Part shown: positions 41,965-51,745 of the stretch, piece by piece
Layout of the letters: each line of letters starts with the position of its first letter
How positions within the stretch are numbered: the stretch's first letter is position 1
Assembly (NCBI GenBank): GCA_903870145.1
Contig: CAIQBO010000030.1
Location: 6,823-70,822, forward strand
Reading direction: 5' to 3'
DNA: 64,000 bases
Origin: an uncultured Burkholderiales bacterium
GTDB taxonomy: Bacteria; Pseudomonadota; Gammaproteobacteria; Burkholderiales; Burkholderiaceae_C
The notes under the pieces: model-generated
What the model saw: only the letters and a program-made list of their open reading frames with translations
Database searches by the model: none
Told to the model about the DNA's origin: nothing
Program-made: the position numbers and the translations under genes

Positions 41965-43200
41965 ATGGCAGGCGAAGAAACACAACAGCAGCGCCCTCGG
42001 CGCGCTGCCACCCTCATCGTTTTGTTGCTGGCCTTGCTCTTGGGTTTGCAGCCCGTCACCACCGATTTGTACCTCCCTGCCCTGCCCGCATTGAGCGCTG
42101 GTTTTGGCGCCGACATGGTGCAAACTCAGCTGACATTGACAGCTTTGCTACTGTCCTTTGGCGTCTCGCAACTGGTGTGGGGGCCGGTTTCAGACCGCTG
42201 GGGGCGCCGGCCCGTGTTACTTTGGGGCATGTTTGTGTATGGCTTGGCCTCTTTGGCCTGCAGCCTGGCCCCCAGCATGTTCACCTTGATCCTTGCACGC
42301 GCAATTCAAGGTCTTGCCATGGGTGCTGGCGTGATGGCCGCACGTGCCATCGTGCGCGATTTGTACGAACCCACAGAAGGCGCCAAAGTCATGTCCCAAG
42401 CACTCACCGGATTGGGCATGATTGCTTGCACCTGTGCACCTGTAGGCGGCTTGCTGACCGACTGGCTAGGATGGCGCTGGGCCTTGAGTTCGTTGATGTT
42501 GTATGGCGCTGTCACATGGGCTTTGATTTATTATTTCTTCGATGAAACTTTGGCGCAACCTAACCCTAAAGCCCTGCAAACCAAAACCTTGTTGGCGGCC
42601 AGTCAAAAAATTTTAAAGCACCACACTTTTCAGGCCTACAGTGCCTTGTCAAGCGCTTCATTTGCGGGCTTGTTCACATTCTTGGCGACATCCTCTTTTG
42701 TGTTCATCCAAGAAATGGGGTTGAGTAAAACGCATTACGGCTTGTTGATGCTGTCCATGTCGTTGTCTTACATTGTGGGCACTTTCATTTGCAGAAGGTT
42801 GCTGCGCCACTTTCGGGTTCAGCAATGCGTCATGATGGCCAGCATCGTGAGTGTATCGGCCGGCGTTTTACTTACAGTCTTGACCTACTCAGGTGCTGCG
42901 CAATCAGGGTATGCCCCGTGGGCCATCATGGTGCCCATCAATTTGTTTTTATTGGCGCACGGCGTGCATCAGCCCTGCGGGCAAAGTGGCTCGATCGCGC
43001 CCTTTCCAGAAATGGCCGGTACCGCTTCGGCTTTGAACGGATTTTTGATGATGGTGGTTGCCTTTGGCGTAGGTTCTTGGCTTGGCACCCACATGACTTC
43101 ACCTGTTTTTTCTTTAGCCCACGGCGTGCTCTTGTGGTCGGCTTGCATTGCCCTGATTGCTTGGACGCGGGTGCGCCAAATTCCAATTTCAACCCACTGA
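41965..43200 (+). CDS. Bcr/CflA family multidrug efflux MFS transporter
   Basis: TDLYLPALP, GPVSDRWGRRP, ARAIVRDLY, DETL, AGTASAL; ATG abuts mutL stop. Confidence 0.88.
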   Translation: MAGEETQQQRPRRAATLIVLLLALLLGLQPVTTDLYLPALPALSAGFGADMVQTQLTLTALLLSFGVSQLVWGPVSDRWGRRPVLLWGMFVYGLASLACSLAPSMFTLILARAIQGLAMGAGVMAARAIVRDLYEPTEGAKVMSQALTGLGMIACTCAPVGGLLTDWLGWRWALSSLMLYGAVTWALIYYFFDETLAQPNPKALQTKTLLAASQKILKHHTFQAYSALSSASFAGLFTFLATSSFVFIQEMGLSKTHYGLLMLSMSLSYIVGTFICRRLLRHFRVQQCVMMASIVSVSAGVLLTVLTYSGAAQSGYAPWAIMVPINLFLLAHGVHQPCGQSGSIAPFPEMAGTASALNGFLMMVVAFGVGSWLGTHMTSPVFSLAHGVLLWSACIALIAWTRVRQIPISTH

Positions 43201-43209
43201 TCGCCAGCC

Positions 43210-44193
43210 ATGGTGTGCGCGACTTCACCCCCACTTGCAACGCCACTGGCGCTGGCTTTGGCCGGCCCCACGGCCAGCGGTAAAACCAGCATCGCCTTGG
43301 CCATGGCAGCCCAAGGGCTTGGCCATGAAGGTGTTGAAATCATCAGCGTTGATTCTGCTTTGGTTTACCGCGGCATGGACATCGGCAGCGCCAAACCCAG
43401 CCCCGCTGAGCGCGCTGCCGTGGCGCATCACCTGATCGACATACGCGATCCCTTGAACGCCTACAGCGCCGCAGAATTTGCGCGCGATGCACAGGCCTTG
43501 GTGCAAGACATTCGCGCCCGTGGGAAATTTCCCCTCTTGGTCGGTGGCAGCATGCTGTATTTCAAAGCCCTGATGGAAGGTTTGAGCGACATGCCGGCAG
43601 CCGACCCCGCTGTGCGCCTTGCCATACAAGAAGAAGCGGCGCAAAAAGGCTGGCCTGCACTGCACGCTGATTTGAGGCGAGTTGACCCAGTCACCGCGGC
43701 GCGCTTGGCACCCGCTGACAGCCAACGCATTGCGCGCGCGCTCGAAGTTTTTCGCCTGACAGGCAAGCCACTGAGTGCATTGCACTCGCCCACAAAAAAT
43801 TCTTTGGAGTCTCAACTGAATTGGCAAAATGTGCCGCTGCTGAGCTTAGAGCCGCAAGAGAGGGCTTGGCTGCATGCGAGAATTGAAACTCGTTTTAGCG
43901 CCATGCTCGATCATGGTTTTTTGGATGAAGTCAAAACCCTTCGTGCCAGAGGCGACTTGCACCCTGATTTGCCCAGCATGCGTTGTGTGGGCTACCGACA
44001 GGCTTGGCAAGCTTTGGACGGCTTGATACCCCTGCATGAGTTGCGCGAGCGAGGCATCTTCGCCACAAGGCAGTTGGCCAAACGGCAACTGACTTGGCTG
44101 CGCAGTCTGCCCCACAGACAAGTCCTGCAAGCCGATGCGCCTGATGCCCTGCCCCAAGCATTGCAGTGGGCACAGGCTCTGCTGAAGTTCTGA
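43210..44193 (+). CDS. miaA: tRNA dimethylallyltransferase
   Basis: [53 protein letters not shown]. Confidence 0.96.
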   Translation: MVCATSPPLATPLALALAGPTASGKTSIALAMAAQGLGHEGVEIISVDSALVYRGMDIGSAKPSPAERAAVAHHLIDIRDPLNAYSAAEFARDAQALVQDIRARGKFPLLVGGSMLYFKALMEGLSDMPAADPAVRLAIQEEAAQKGWPALHADLRRVDPVTAARLAPADSQRIARALEVFRLTGKPLSALHSPTKNSLESQLNWQNVPLLSLEPQERAWLHARIETRFSAMLDHGFLDEVKTLRARGDLHPDLPSMRCVGYRQAWQALDGLIPLHELRERGIFATRQLAKRQLTWLRSLPHRQVLQADAPDALPQALQWAQALLKF

Positions 44194-44202
44194 CAACAAA
44201 AT

Positions 44203-45150
44203 TCAAACAGACAGACCCCAAGCCGTGCGCAGAGCATGCACACACAAAGCCACTGCGGTATTGGCCTCTTGAATCACACGCCCCATGGTGATGAAGCCGT
44301 GAATTTGCCGCTCAAAACAAATGTACTGCGCAGGCACCCCCGCCTGGCTCAGTGCATCGGCATACATCAAACCTTCGTCACGCAGTGGATCAAAGCCCGC
44401 CGTCAAAACCAAGGCTGCCGGCAAGTTGGCATGGCTGCTGGCCAGTTGCGGTGATGCACGCCAATCCTGCGCGTCCTCTGAGCTGCGCAAATAATTGCCT
44501 GCATACCAGGCCATCGACTCTTTTGTGAGCATGTAGCCTTGCCCATTGTCTTGGTAAGACTGCGTCGTGGGCTGCATCATGGTGCTGGGGTAAATCAACA
44601 ATTGAAACGCGGGTGTGAGGCCCACATCGCGCAAGCCCAAACAAGCGGCTGCCGCCAAATTACCGCCAGCGCTGTCACCACCGATGGCAATTTTCTGAGG
44701 GTCTAGGCCCAAGGCCACAGCCTGCGTCAAGAGCCACTGGTACGCGGCTACTGCGTCCTCGTAGGCCGCTGGAAATTTATGCTCAGGCCCCATGCGGTAA
44801 TCCAGCGCCACCACTACGCCCTGTGCTTCGCGGCACAAAGACCTGCACAGCACATCGTGGGTGTCCAAATCGCCAACGGTCCAACCGCCACCATGCAAAT
44901 ACAGCAAGGCCGGTGCTGCACCGCTGGATAGCCCCTGCAAAGTGGGGTGATACACCCGCACTGCAATGCGCACGCCCGCGTGGCTGAAACTCATGTCTTG
45001 CACCCTGGCCACCTCGGCTGGCGCTGGCTGTGAGAAGCCGCGCCGCTCGCGGTAGGAGGCTCGCGCTTGCTCAGGCGTTTGGGTGTACACAGGCGGCATG
45101 CCGCGATCGGCCATCAACTGCATCAAAGCTTGAGCTTGGGGATCGAGCAT
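44203..45150 (-). CDS. Alpha/beta hydrolase (HSL-family esterase)
   Basis: HGGGW oxyanion hole, GDSAGG nucleophile, FDPLRDEG, IHGF. Confidence 0.92.
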   Translation of the reverse strand: MLDPQAQALMQLMADRGMPPVYTQTPEQARASYRERRGFSQPAPAEVARVQDMSFSHAGVRIAVRVYHPTLQGLSSGAAPALLYLHGGGWTVGDLDTHDVLCRSLCREAQGVVVALDYRMGPEHKFPAAYEDAVAAYQWLLTQAVALGLDPQKIAIGGDSAGGNLAAAACLGLRDVGLTPAFQLLIYPSTMMQPTTQSYQDNGQGYMLTKESMAWYAGNYLRSSEDAQDWRASPQLASSHANLPAALVLTAGFDPLRDEGLMYADALSQAGVPAQYICFERQIHGFITMGRVIQEANTAVALCVHALRTAWGLSV

Positions 45151-45275
45151 GGCTGGTACTCCTGTGTTTCAAATGAAATAATTATCAATGATTCATATCA
45201 AATTTGTGCGGCGCACAAAGGTGCATAGACAGATTTCCTGGCTTTCAACTGCTGAGGCTCAAGTCCTGCGCCCAG

Positions 45276-45677
45276 TCAAACCGTCACCCTGCCCCTTAAA
45301 ACCTTGGTTTCTCCGCGCTTGACTTTGCTGTCCACGCGCCTTTTTTGGGAACCTAGGGTGGGATGGGTAGGCTTTCTCAACTTAGGGGCAACAGCTACCG
45401 ATTGCACCACATCATGCAGCCTCAAAAAAGCCTCCATGCGGTTCATTTCCTGACTTCGATGCTCTTGCGACTTGATCACCAAAACGCCTTGCGCCGTGAT
45501 GCGGCGGTCTCTCAAGGCCAGTATGCGCGCCTTCACGCCCTCGGGCAGACTCGAGGCCGCAATATCAAAGCGCAATTGAATGGCGCTTGAAACCTTGTTC
45601 ACATTTTGCCCACCCGGGCCTTGCGAGCGCACGGCGGTGACCTCCACCTCAGACTCTTGAATATGCAAAACCGGCAT
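45276..45677 (-). CDS. arfB: Alternative ribosome rescue peptidyl-tRNA hydrolase ArfB (YaeJ)
   Basis: RSQGPGGQNVNKV (GGQ), QEHRSQEMNR, basic C-terminal tail RKPT..SQKRR..K..RG..K.LR. Confidence 0.93.
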   Translation of the reverse strand: MPVLHIQESEVEVTAVRSQGPGGQNVNKVSSAIQLRFDIAASSLPEGVKARILALRDRRITAQGVLVIKSQEHRSQEMNRMEAFLRLHDVVQSVAVAPKLRKPTHPTLGSQKRRVDSKVKRGETKVLRGRVTV

Positions 45678-45762
45678 GGCAAACCCCTTTGGGGACGTGT
45701 TGATTTGAGCGATCATTGTGCCTCGCTTAAACTGTGCACTTAACTAACCCAAAGGTGACGCC

Positions 45763-45906
45763 ATGGCAAAAGGTCAACAAAAGTCAAACAAAGAGTCCAA
45801 AAAACCAAAAAAGGACACTTCAGCACCCAAACTCACACCGATCGACCCTGATCGTCCAGTGCAAAAAACCACTGCCGTGATTCCACGCGGGAAAAAGCCA
45901 GTCTGA
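45763..45906 (+). CDS. Small basic protein (47 aa, MAKGQQKSNKESKKPKK...), not in the ORF track
   Basis: Hand-translated ORF with AAAGGTGA SD 4 nt before ATG; fills the gap between arfB and the next gene; 11 Lys + 2 Arg. Confidence 0.65.
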   Translation: MAKGQQKSNKESKKPKKDTSAPKLTPIDPDRPVQKTTAVIPRGKKPV

Positions 45907-45925
45907 TGAAGCTCAGGGCTTGCTG

Positions 45926-46954
45926 ATGAGCGCCAATGCAACATCTCTTTGGCCTCATGCCGGTCACGCCCTGCTGCAAACGGATGCGCGCGGTCATCTG
46001 ATTGTCACGGATGATTTTTTGCGTGCACTTTTAGAGCGGCCCGAGTTGGCGCCGATCGGCAGTTCTTGCGCAGCAGAAATTGAGCTTCACGAGCGTTTGC
46101 TACAAGACCCACATCAAAGCATTGCGCCAGAAAACTTAGCAGCCATTGAAGACCGCGATGCTGCTGAAAACATGGCTGTTTGGTTGCGGTTTCGAGACCG
46201 CATTCTGGCGCGTCCTACGCTGGAGGCCAGCTACTGGGCTTTGTTTGAGGGCTCGGGTGTGGACGTGCCCCCCGTCTTGGTGCAGCAACTCACGCAGGTG
46301 CTGGCGCAGCACATCTTGGGTCCTGACTGCTCCGCCTTGGAAGCACGCGCGGCAGAGCTGCTGTTTCGCACACAAAAAATTTCCGTTCTAGACGATGGCT
46401 CCGTCATGGCCGCCGACGACGAAACCGTCGAGCGTCACGCCCTTGCCAGCGGCTTTGGCAGCGTGGGTGAGTTGCTCAAGCAAGGCGGCATCCCCCTTCG
46501 CAGCGTTGACTTGGATGTGATCCAAGAAGACAACCAAGACACGTACTGGGCGCGAAGCGGCAACTTCGACATGGTCGCTTGTTTGAATTTGAACCAAGCT
46601 GTCCTAGAAGCTTTTTGCCGCGTGTTGGAGCGATGGGTGGCACACTTCACCGGGGCCACCGTCAAGATCACAACCGCACGTGACATTGAAGATGCGCACT
46701 GGGTCTGGCACGTGGGTCTTGACGCGCAGGCCAGTGGGATTTTGAACGACTTGTACACCGGCGCCTCGATCGACGAAGACCGCCAACGCCGCATGTTGTG
46801 TTTGTTTGTGCTCCATTTTGAAAACAACAGCGACATGCAGAGCGAAGTGGCCGGCAAGTGCGTCTACATGGCCATGTGCATGGACACCGAGCATCGTTTG
46901 AAAATCAAACCACAAAATTTGCTGCTCAATTTACCTCTGGCCAGAAGGTCTTAA
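45926..46954 (+). CDS. Conserved hypothetical protein, DUF6352-like
   Basis: VTDDFLRA.L.RPELAP, AAELLFR.QK, YWARS..FDM, WHVGLDA, KIKPQNLL.NLP match the DUF6352 family as recalled. Confidence 0.6.
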   Translation: MSANATSLWPHAGHALLQTDARGHLIVTDDFLRALLERPELAPIGSSCAAEIELHERLLQDPHQSIAPENLAAIEDRDAAENMAVWLRFRDRILARPTLEASYWALFEGSGVDVPPVLVQQLTQVLAQHILGPDCSALEARAAELLFRTQKISVLDDGSVMAADDETVERHALASGFGSVGELLKQGGIPLRSVDLDVIQEDNQDTYWARSGNFDMVACLNLNQAVLEAFCRVLERWVAHFTGATVKITTARDIEDAHWVWHVGLDAQASGILNDLYTGASIDEDRQRRMLCLFVLHFENNSDMQSEVAGKCVYMAMCMDTEHRLKIKPQNLLLNLPLARRS

Positions 46955-46958
46955 CTTC

Positions 46959-47834
46959 ATGAGCCTTCAACAAATTCTCTTGAGCTTGGTGTTGGCCACC
47001 ATGGTTTTTTCCGTGGCGCTGGAGCTGCGTCTGGAAGATTTTCGGCGTGTGGCCCAAACGCCCAAGGCCGTGATATGCGGCTTGATTCCGCAGTTCATTT
47101 TGCTGCCGGTGGGCACTTGGTTGGCCACGCTGTGGCTGGATTTACCACCCAACATCGAAGCGGCCATGATTTTGGTGGCCGCCTGCCCCGGCGGCAGCTT
47201 GAGCAATGTGGTGACCCACCTGGGCCGAGGCAACACTGCGCTTTCGGTCAGCATTTCCGCGGTTGCCAGCGTGATCGCGCTGTTTGCCACGCCCTTTAAC
47301 TTCAGCTGGATGATTGCCGCCAACCCCAGCACAGCAGCATGGTTGCAGCAACTCTCGATTGACGCTTCCGGCATTTGGCTGAGTTTGCTCATCTTGCTGG
47401 GATTGCCTCTGAGTTTAGGCTTGTGGGCCTCGCATCGGATGCCTTTGATAACGCAGCGCATTCGCAAACCCTTGGGCAACTTTGCCATCGCTGCTTTGCT
47501 TGCATTCATTGTGGCTGGGCTCATCAAAGAGCGGCAGTTGTTGACCTTGGGCCTCTTGCCCACTTTGCTGCTGGTGGTCTTGCACAACGCCAGTGGTTTG
47601 TTTTTAGGATGGCTGACCAGTTGGGTCATGCGCGTGAGCGAGTATGACCGCCGCGCCGTCGTGATCGAGGGAGGAATGCAAAATTCCGGCTTGGCTTTGG
47701 GCATCATTGCCGTGCAATTCAACAGCGATCTGGGCATGGTGACCTTGGCCAGTTTGTGGGGCATTTGGCACATCATCAGCGGCATGGGTTTGGCGTATTA
47801 CTGGAGAAGAAAAGATGCTCGACTGGTTGATTAA
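46959..47834 (+). CDS. Bile acid:sodium symporter (BASS) family transporter
   Basis: QFILLP, ACPGGSLSNV, GNTALSVS, IEGGMQNSGLAL. Confidence 0.9.
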   Translation: MSLQQILLSLVLATMVFSVALELRLEDFRRVAQTPKAVICGLIPQFILLPVGTWLATLWLDLPPNIEAAMILVAACPGGSLSNVVTHLGRGNTALSVSISAVASVIALFATPFNFSWMIAANPSTAAWLQQLSIDASGIWLSLLILLGLPLSLGLWASHRMPLITQRIRKPLGNFAIAALLAFIVAGLIKERQLLTLGLLPTLLLVVLHNASGLFLGWLTSWVMRVSEYDRRAVVIEGGMQNSGLALGIIAVQFNSDLGMVTLASLWGIWHIISGMGLAYYWRRKDARLVD

Positions 47835-49581
47835 AAATGGCCATGTGGTCGATGGCACAGGCGCCGCGCCTTTCGCAGCCGATGTGGGCGTGCGAGATGG
47901 CATCATTGTCAGCGTGGAACCAACAGGCCCCCAGCACAAGCCTGCGGCGCGCCAAACTTTAGATGCCTCCGGCTTGTGGATCACCCCAGGCTTTATTGAC
48001 ATTCACACCCACTACGACGGCCAAATCACATGGGACGAATGCTTCACCCCCAGCATTTACCACGGCGTCACCACGGTGGTGATGGGCAATTGCGGCGTTG
48101 GTTTTGCACCCAAACGCCCCGGCCATGAAGATGACTTGATCAAACTGATGGAAGGTGTGGAAGACATTCCAGGCGCCGCCTTGCATGAAGGCATTCGCTG
48201 GAATTGGGAAAGCTTCACTGACTACATGAATGCGCTTGCAGTCACACCGCGAAGCCTGGATTATTTGGTGCAAGTGCCGCATGATCCTTTGCGCATGTAC
48301 GTCATGGGCGAGCGGGCACTGGCACACGAAACTGCCACGCCAAATGACATCCTTCAAATGCAAACCCTGTTGCGACAAGCCTTGCAAGCCGGCGCCGCAG
48401 GCTTTAGCACAGGGCGCAGCGACAACCACCGCACCTCTGAGGGCAAGGACACACCGGCGGCCAATGCCAGTTTGGCCGAGTTAAGTGGTATTTCTCAAGC
48501 CTTCAAGGGCTTGGGTCATGGTGTGATTCAGATGGTCAGCGACTACAACTTGCTGCAAGGCCCCGAACAATTTGATGCTGAATTTGATTTGGTCGAAGCC
48601 ATTGCCAACGCCAGTGGCAAACCGATTTCAATCACATGGTTGCAACGCGATCCAGGCGGCGAGCAATATTTAAAAATACAAGCGCGCGTTGAAGACGCCG
48701 TCTTGCGTGGTCTGCCTTTGTACATGCAAACTGCAGCCCGAGGCATCGGCGTCTTGAATGGCCTGGATGCCAGTTTTCACCCTTTCATGGGCTTCCCATC
48801 GTACAAAGAAGTGGCCCATTTGCCTTTGGTGGAAAGAGCCCAAGCCTTGCGTGATCCGATTCGCAAGGCGCGCATTTTGTCTGAAAAATCCGAACGCCTT
48901 GCCGGAGATGGCAGTGCTATCCCGCCCTTGGTTGATATCTTGTTGGCCAAAATTGACATGCTCAGCGGGCGCATGTTCGCCTTGGAAGACAACCTCAATT
49001 ACGAACCCCACGTGATGCAAAGTTTTTTGGTGCAAGCCAAGCAACGCGGCATCACGCCCTTGGAAGCTCTGTACGATCACTTGAGTGCCGGCAGTGGTGA
49101 AGGCCTGATTTATTTCCCGATCTTCAACTACAACCAAGGCAATCTTGCGGACGTGCAGCGCATGCTGGAGCACCCCCGCGCACTGAGCGGTTTAAGCGAC
49201 GCAGGCGCCCATGTCGGCACGGTGTGCGATGCCAGTTTCACCACCTTCATGCTGTCGCACTGGGTGCGCGATGCAAAATCCAAGCCGATGGCCTTAGAAA
49301 CCGCCGTAGAAATGTTAACTGCTCGCAATGCGCGTTACCTGGGCTTGTCAGATCGCGGCGTCATAGCGCCTGGCATGCGCGCTGACCTGAACGCCATTGA
49401 CCCGCAAGCATTGAGCGTGGGCCTGCCCCAATTGGTCCATGACTTGCCTGCTGGCGGCAAACGTTTTGTACAACGGGCACAGGGCTATGTGGCCACCTGG
49501 GTGGCTGGGCAGCAAGTGCAAACCCATGGTGTGATTTCTAATGCACGTCCTGGCCAATTGGTCCGAATGGGGCAGCACTGA
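47815..49581 (+). CDS. Amidohydrolase, N-acyl-D-amino-acid deacylase family
   Basis: [49 protein letters not shown]; overlaps BASS gene by 20 nt. Confidence 0.85.
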   Translation: MLDWLIKNGHVVDGTGAAPFAADVGVRDGIIVSVEPTGPQHKPAARQTLDASGLWITPGFIDIHTHYDGQITWDECFTPSIYHGVTTVVMGNCGVGFAPKRPGHEDDLIKLMEGVEDIPGAALHEGIRWNWESFTDYMNALAVTPRSLDYLVQVPHDPLRMYVMGERALAHETATPNDILQMQTLLRQALQAGAAGFSTGRSDNHRTSEGKDTPAANASLAELSGISQAFKGLGHGVIQMVSDYNLLQGPEQFDAEFDLVEAIANASGKPISITWLQRDPGGEQYLKIQARVEDAVLRGLPLYMQTAARGIGVLNGLDASFHPFMGFPSYKEVAHLPLVERAQALRDPIRKARILSEKSERLAGDGSAIPPLVDILLAKIDMLSGRMFALEDNLNYEPHVMQSFLVQAKQRGITPLEALYDHLSAGSGEGLIYFPIFNYNQGNLADVQRMLEHPRALSGLSDAGAHVGTVCDASFTTFMLSHWVRDAKSKPMALETAVEMLTARNARYLGLSDRGVIAPGMRADLNAIDPQALSVGLPQLVHDLPAGGKRFVQRAQGYVATWVAGQQVQTHGVISNARPGQLVRMGQH

Positions 49582-49616
49582 CTTTCAGTCTTTGACACTG
49601 CCTGCAGTGGGCTCGC

Positions 49617-50195
49617 CTACTGCAATTGCCCCTTGAGTGCGTCCGGCACTGGCAAGGGCATCACATCAATGCCCTCTTCCATAAGCTCTTTGGTTTCATC
49701 CAAAGTTGCTTGTCCGCGAATGCTACGTTCCTGTGCTTCACCATAGTGCATCTTGCGCGCTTCTTCGGCAAATTGATTGCCCACGTCTTCGGTGTTGGCC
49801 ATGACATGGCGCACCATCTTCATCCAAGCGGCCTGCATCATTTGCAAAGATTGCGGGTTGGCATGAGCCACCTGAACTTGGGCAGAATTGGAGGCACTTG
49901 CGCCGCCAGTGTCGTTGGCACCCACGGCACTGCTGGGCGCAGTGGAGTCAGAAATTGAGGCCAAGGCATTGGCAGTCTCCGAAGTGCCTTCAGACTCCTG
50001 TTGCGCAGGCTCTGCACGCTTGTCCACAGCCCCTAAATTCAAACGCGGTGCAGAGGGCAGTTTGTGCACTTGGGTATCTGCACACAAGGGGCATGTAACC
50101 AAACCACGCGTCATCTGCGACTGATAATCCTCTTCAGAGCCAAACCAGCCTTCAAAGGTATGGGCACTGGCGCATTGCAGATTCAAAACTTTCAT
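49617..50195 (-). CDS. DUF1178 family protein
   Basis: C...H.FEGWF.S, CPLC, KLPSAPRL, NTEDVG.QFAEEARKMHYGE, EEGIDVMPLP; start MKVLNL at 50195. Confidence 0.85.
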   Translation of the reverse strand: MKVLNLQCASAHTFEGWFGSEEDYQSQMTRGLVTCPLCADTQVHKLPSAPRLNLGAVDKRAEPAQQESEGTSETANALASISDSTAPSSAVGANDTGGASASNSAQVQVAHANPQSLQMMQAAWMKMVRHVMANTEDVGNQFAEEARKMHYGEAQERSIRGQATLDETKELMEEGIDVMPLPVPDALKGQLQ

Positions 50196-50223
50196 GAAGA
50201 GGTTCGCGCTTGGAAGGCTGAAA

Positions 50224-51711
50224 TCAGTTGGCCAGCATTTGGGCAATGGCCCGTGCACACAAAGTCATCAAAGCGCCAGGCACGATACCCAAAACCAGCA
50301 CCAGCAAGCCATTCAAAGACAAGACCACGCGTACATCGGCCGTGGCGCTGACCGTGCTGGCGGTGACAGGTTCATCAAAGTACATGACCTTGACCACACG
50401 CAAATAATAAAACGCACCCACCAAGGACATGGCCACCGCAAACACAGCCAATGCGATGTCTGCCGTGTGGCCCGAAGCCACCAAAGCCTGCAAGACCGAC
50501 AGCTTGGCGTAAAAACCGACCAAGGGAGGAATGCCTGCCAAAGAGAACATGCAAATGGCCATGACGCCAGCATACAAAGGGCTGCGCTGGTTCAATCCTG
50601 CCAAATCAGTGATCTCTTCGCTTTCAAAACCTTGACGTGCCAGCAACAAAATGATGCCGAAACTGCCCAAGGTGGTCAGCACATAGCCCACCATGTAAAA
50701 CATGGCCGAGCTGTAGGCGTTGGCACCCAAAGTAGCGTTGCCACTGACCACGCCCGACATCAAACCGATCAAGACAAAACCCATTTGAGCAATGGTCGAG
50801 TACGCCAACATGCGCTTGAGGTTGGTTTGCGCAATGGCGGCGAAATTACCTACCAGCAAAGAGGCTATGGCCAACAAAGCCAGCATTTGCTGCCAATCAA
50901 CCGCCAAGGGCAACAAGCCTTCGACCAACAAACGAATGGTGATGGCAAAGGCGGCCAATTTGGGCGCACCAGCAATCATCAAAGTAGCCGCTGTGGGCGC
51001 GCCTTGGTACACATCTGGCACCCACATGTGAAACGGCACAGCGCCCAACTTGAAGGCCAAACCTGAAACCACAAAAACCAAACCAAAAACCAAAACTTGG
51101 TGCTTGACCTGACCGCTGGCAATCACTTTGAACACGGTGGCCAAGTCCAAAGAGCCCGTGGCGCCATACAGCATGGACATGCCGTAGAGCAAAAAGCCCG
51201 AAGCCATGGCGCCCAGCACGAAATACTTCATGGCCGCCTCAGTGGCAGCTGCGTTATCGCGCCGCAACGCAACCAAGGCGTAGCTGGACAAGGTCAGCAG
51301 CTCTAAGCCCAGATACAGAACCAAGAAATTCTGCCCCGAGATCATGACACTCATGCCCAGCAAGGCGAACATTGACAAGCTGAACAACTCGCCGCCCCGC
51401 AGCATGTCACGGTCAGCAGCATAAGGCCGCGAGTAGACCAAGGTGATCATGACCGCAACAGTGGCAAAACACTTGAGCCAATGGCCCATGGGGTCGCTCA
51501 CAACCAAACGGCCAAAGCCGTACAAGGTGTGACCGGCATCGGCGTAAAACGCATTGAGCAGAGCCACACCGCCCAAGGAGGTCAAGGTCAATACGTAGGT
51601 CAGGTCGCGCCGAGGGCTGGTGACCAGCAGGTCAGCCAGCGTAATCACGCAGGCCATGACCAGCAGCACGATTTCCGGGTACACCGTCATCCAGCTGGTT
51701 GTGTCGATCAT
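50224..51711 (-). CDS. nuoN: NADH-quinone oxidoreductase subunit N
   Basis: [48 protein letters not shown]. Confidence 0.96.
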   Translation of the reverse strand: MIDTTSWMTVYPEIVLLVMACVITLADLLVTSPRRDLTYVLTLTSLGGVALLNAFYADAGHTLYGFGRLVVSDPMGHWLKCFATVAVMITLVYSRPYAADRDMLRGGELFSLSMFALLGMSVMISGQNFLVLYLGLELLTLSSYALVALRRDNAAATEAAMKYFVLGAMASGFLLYGMSMLYGATGSLDLATVFKVIASGQVKHQVLVFGLVFVVSGLAFKLGAVPFHMWVPDVYQGAPTAATLMIAGAPKLAAFAITIRLLVEGLLPLAVDWQQMLALLAIASLLVGNFAAIAQTNLKRMLAYSTIAQMGFVLIGLMSGVVSGNATLGANAYSSAMFYMVGYVLTTLGSFGIILLLARQGFESEEITDLAGLNQRSPLYAGVMAICMFSLAGIPPLVGFYAKLSVLQALVASGHTADIALAVFAVAMSLVGAFYYLRVVKVMYFDEPVTASTVSATADVRVVLSLNGLLVLVLGIVPGALMTLCARAIAQMLAN

Positions 51712-51745
51712 GTGTGTTCTTTCAATTCTGAGTAATCAGCAAGGT

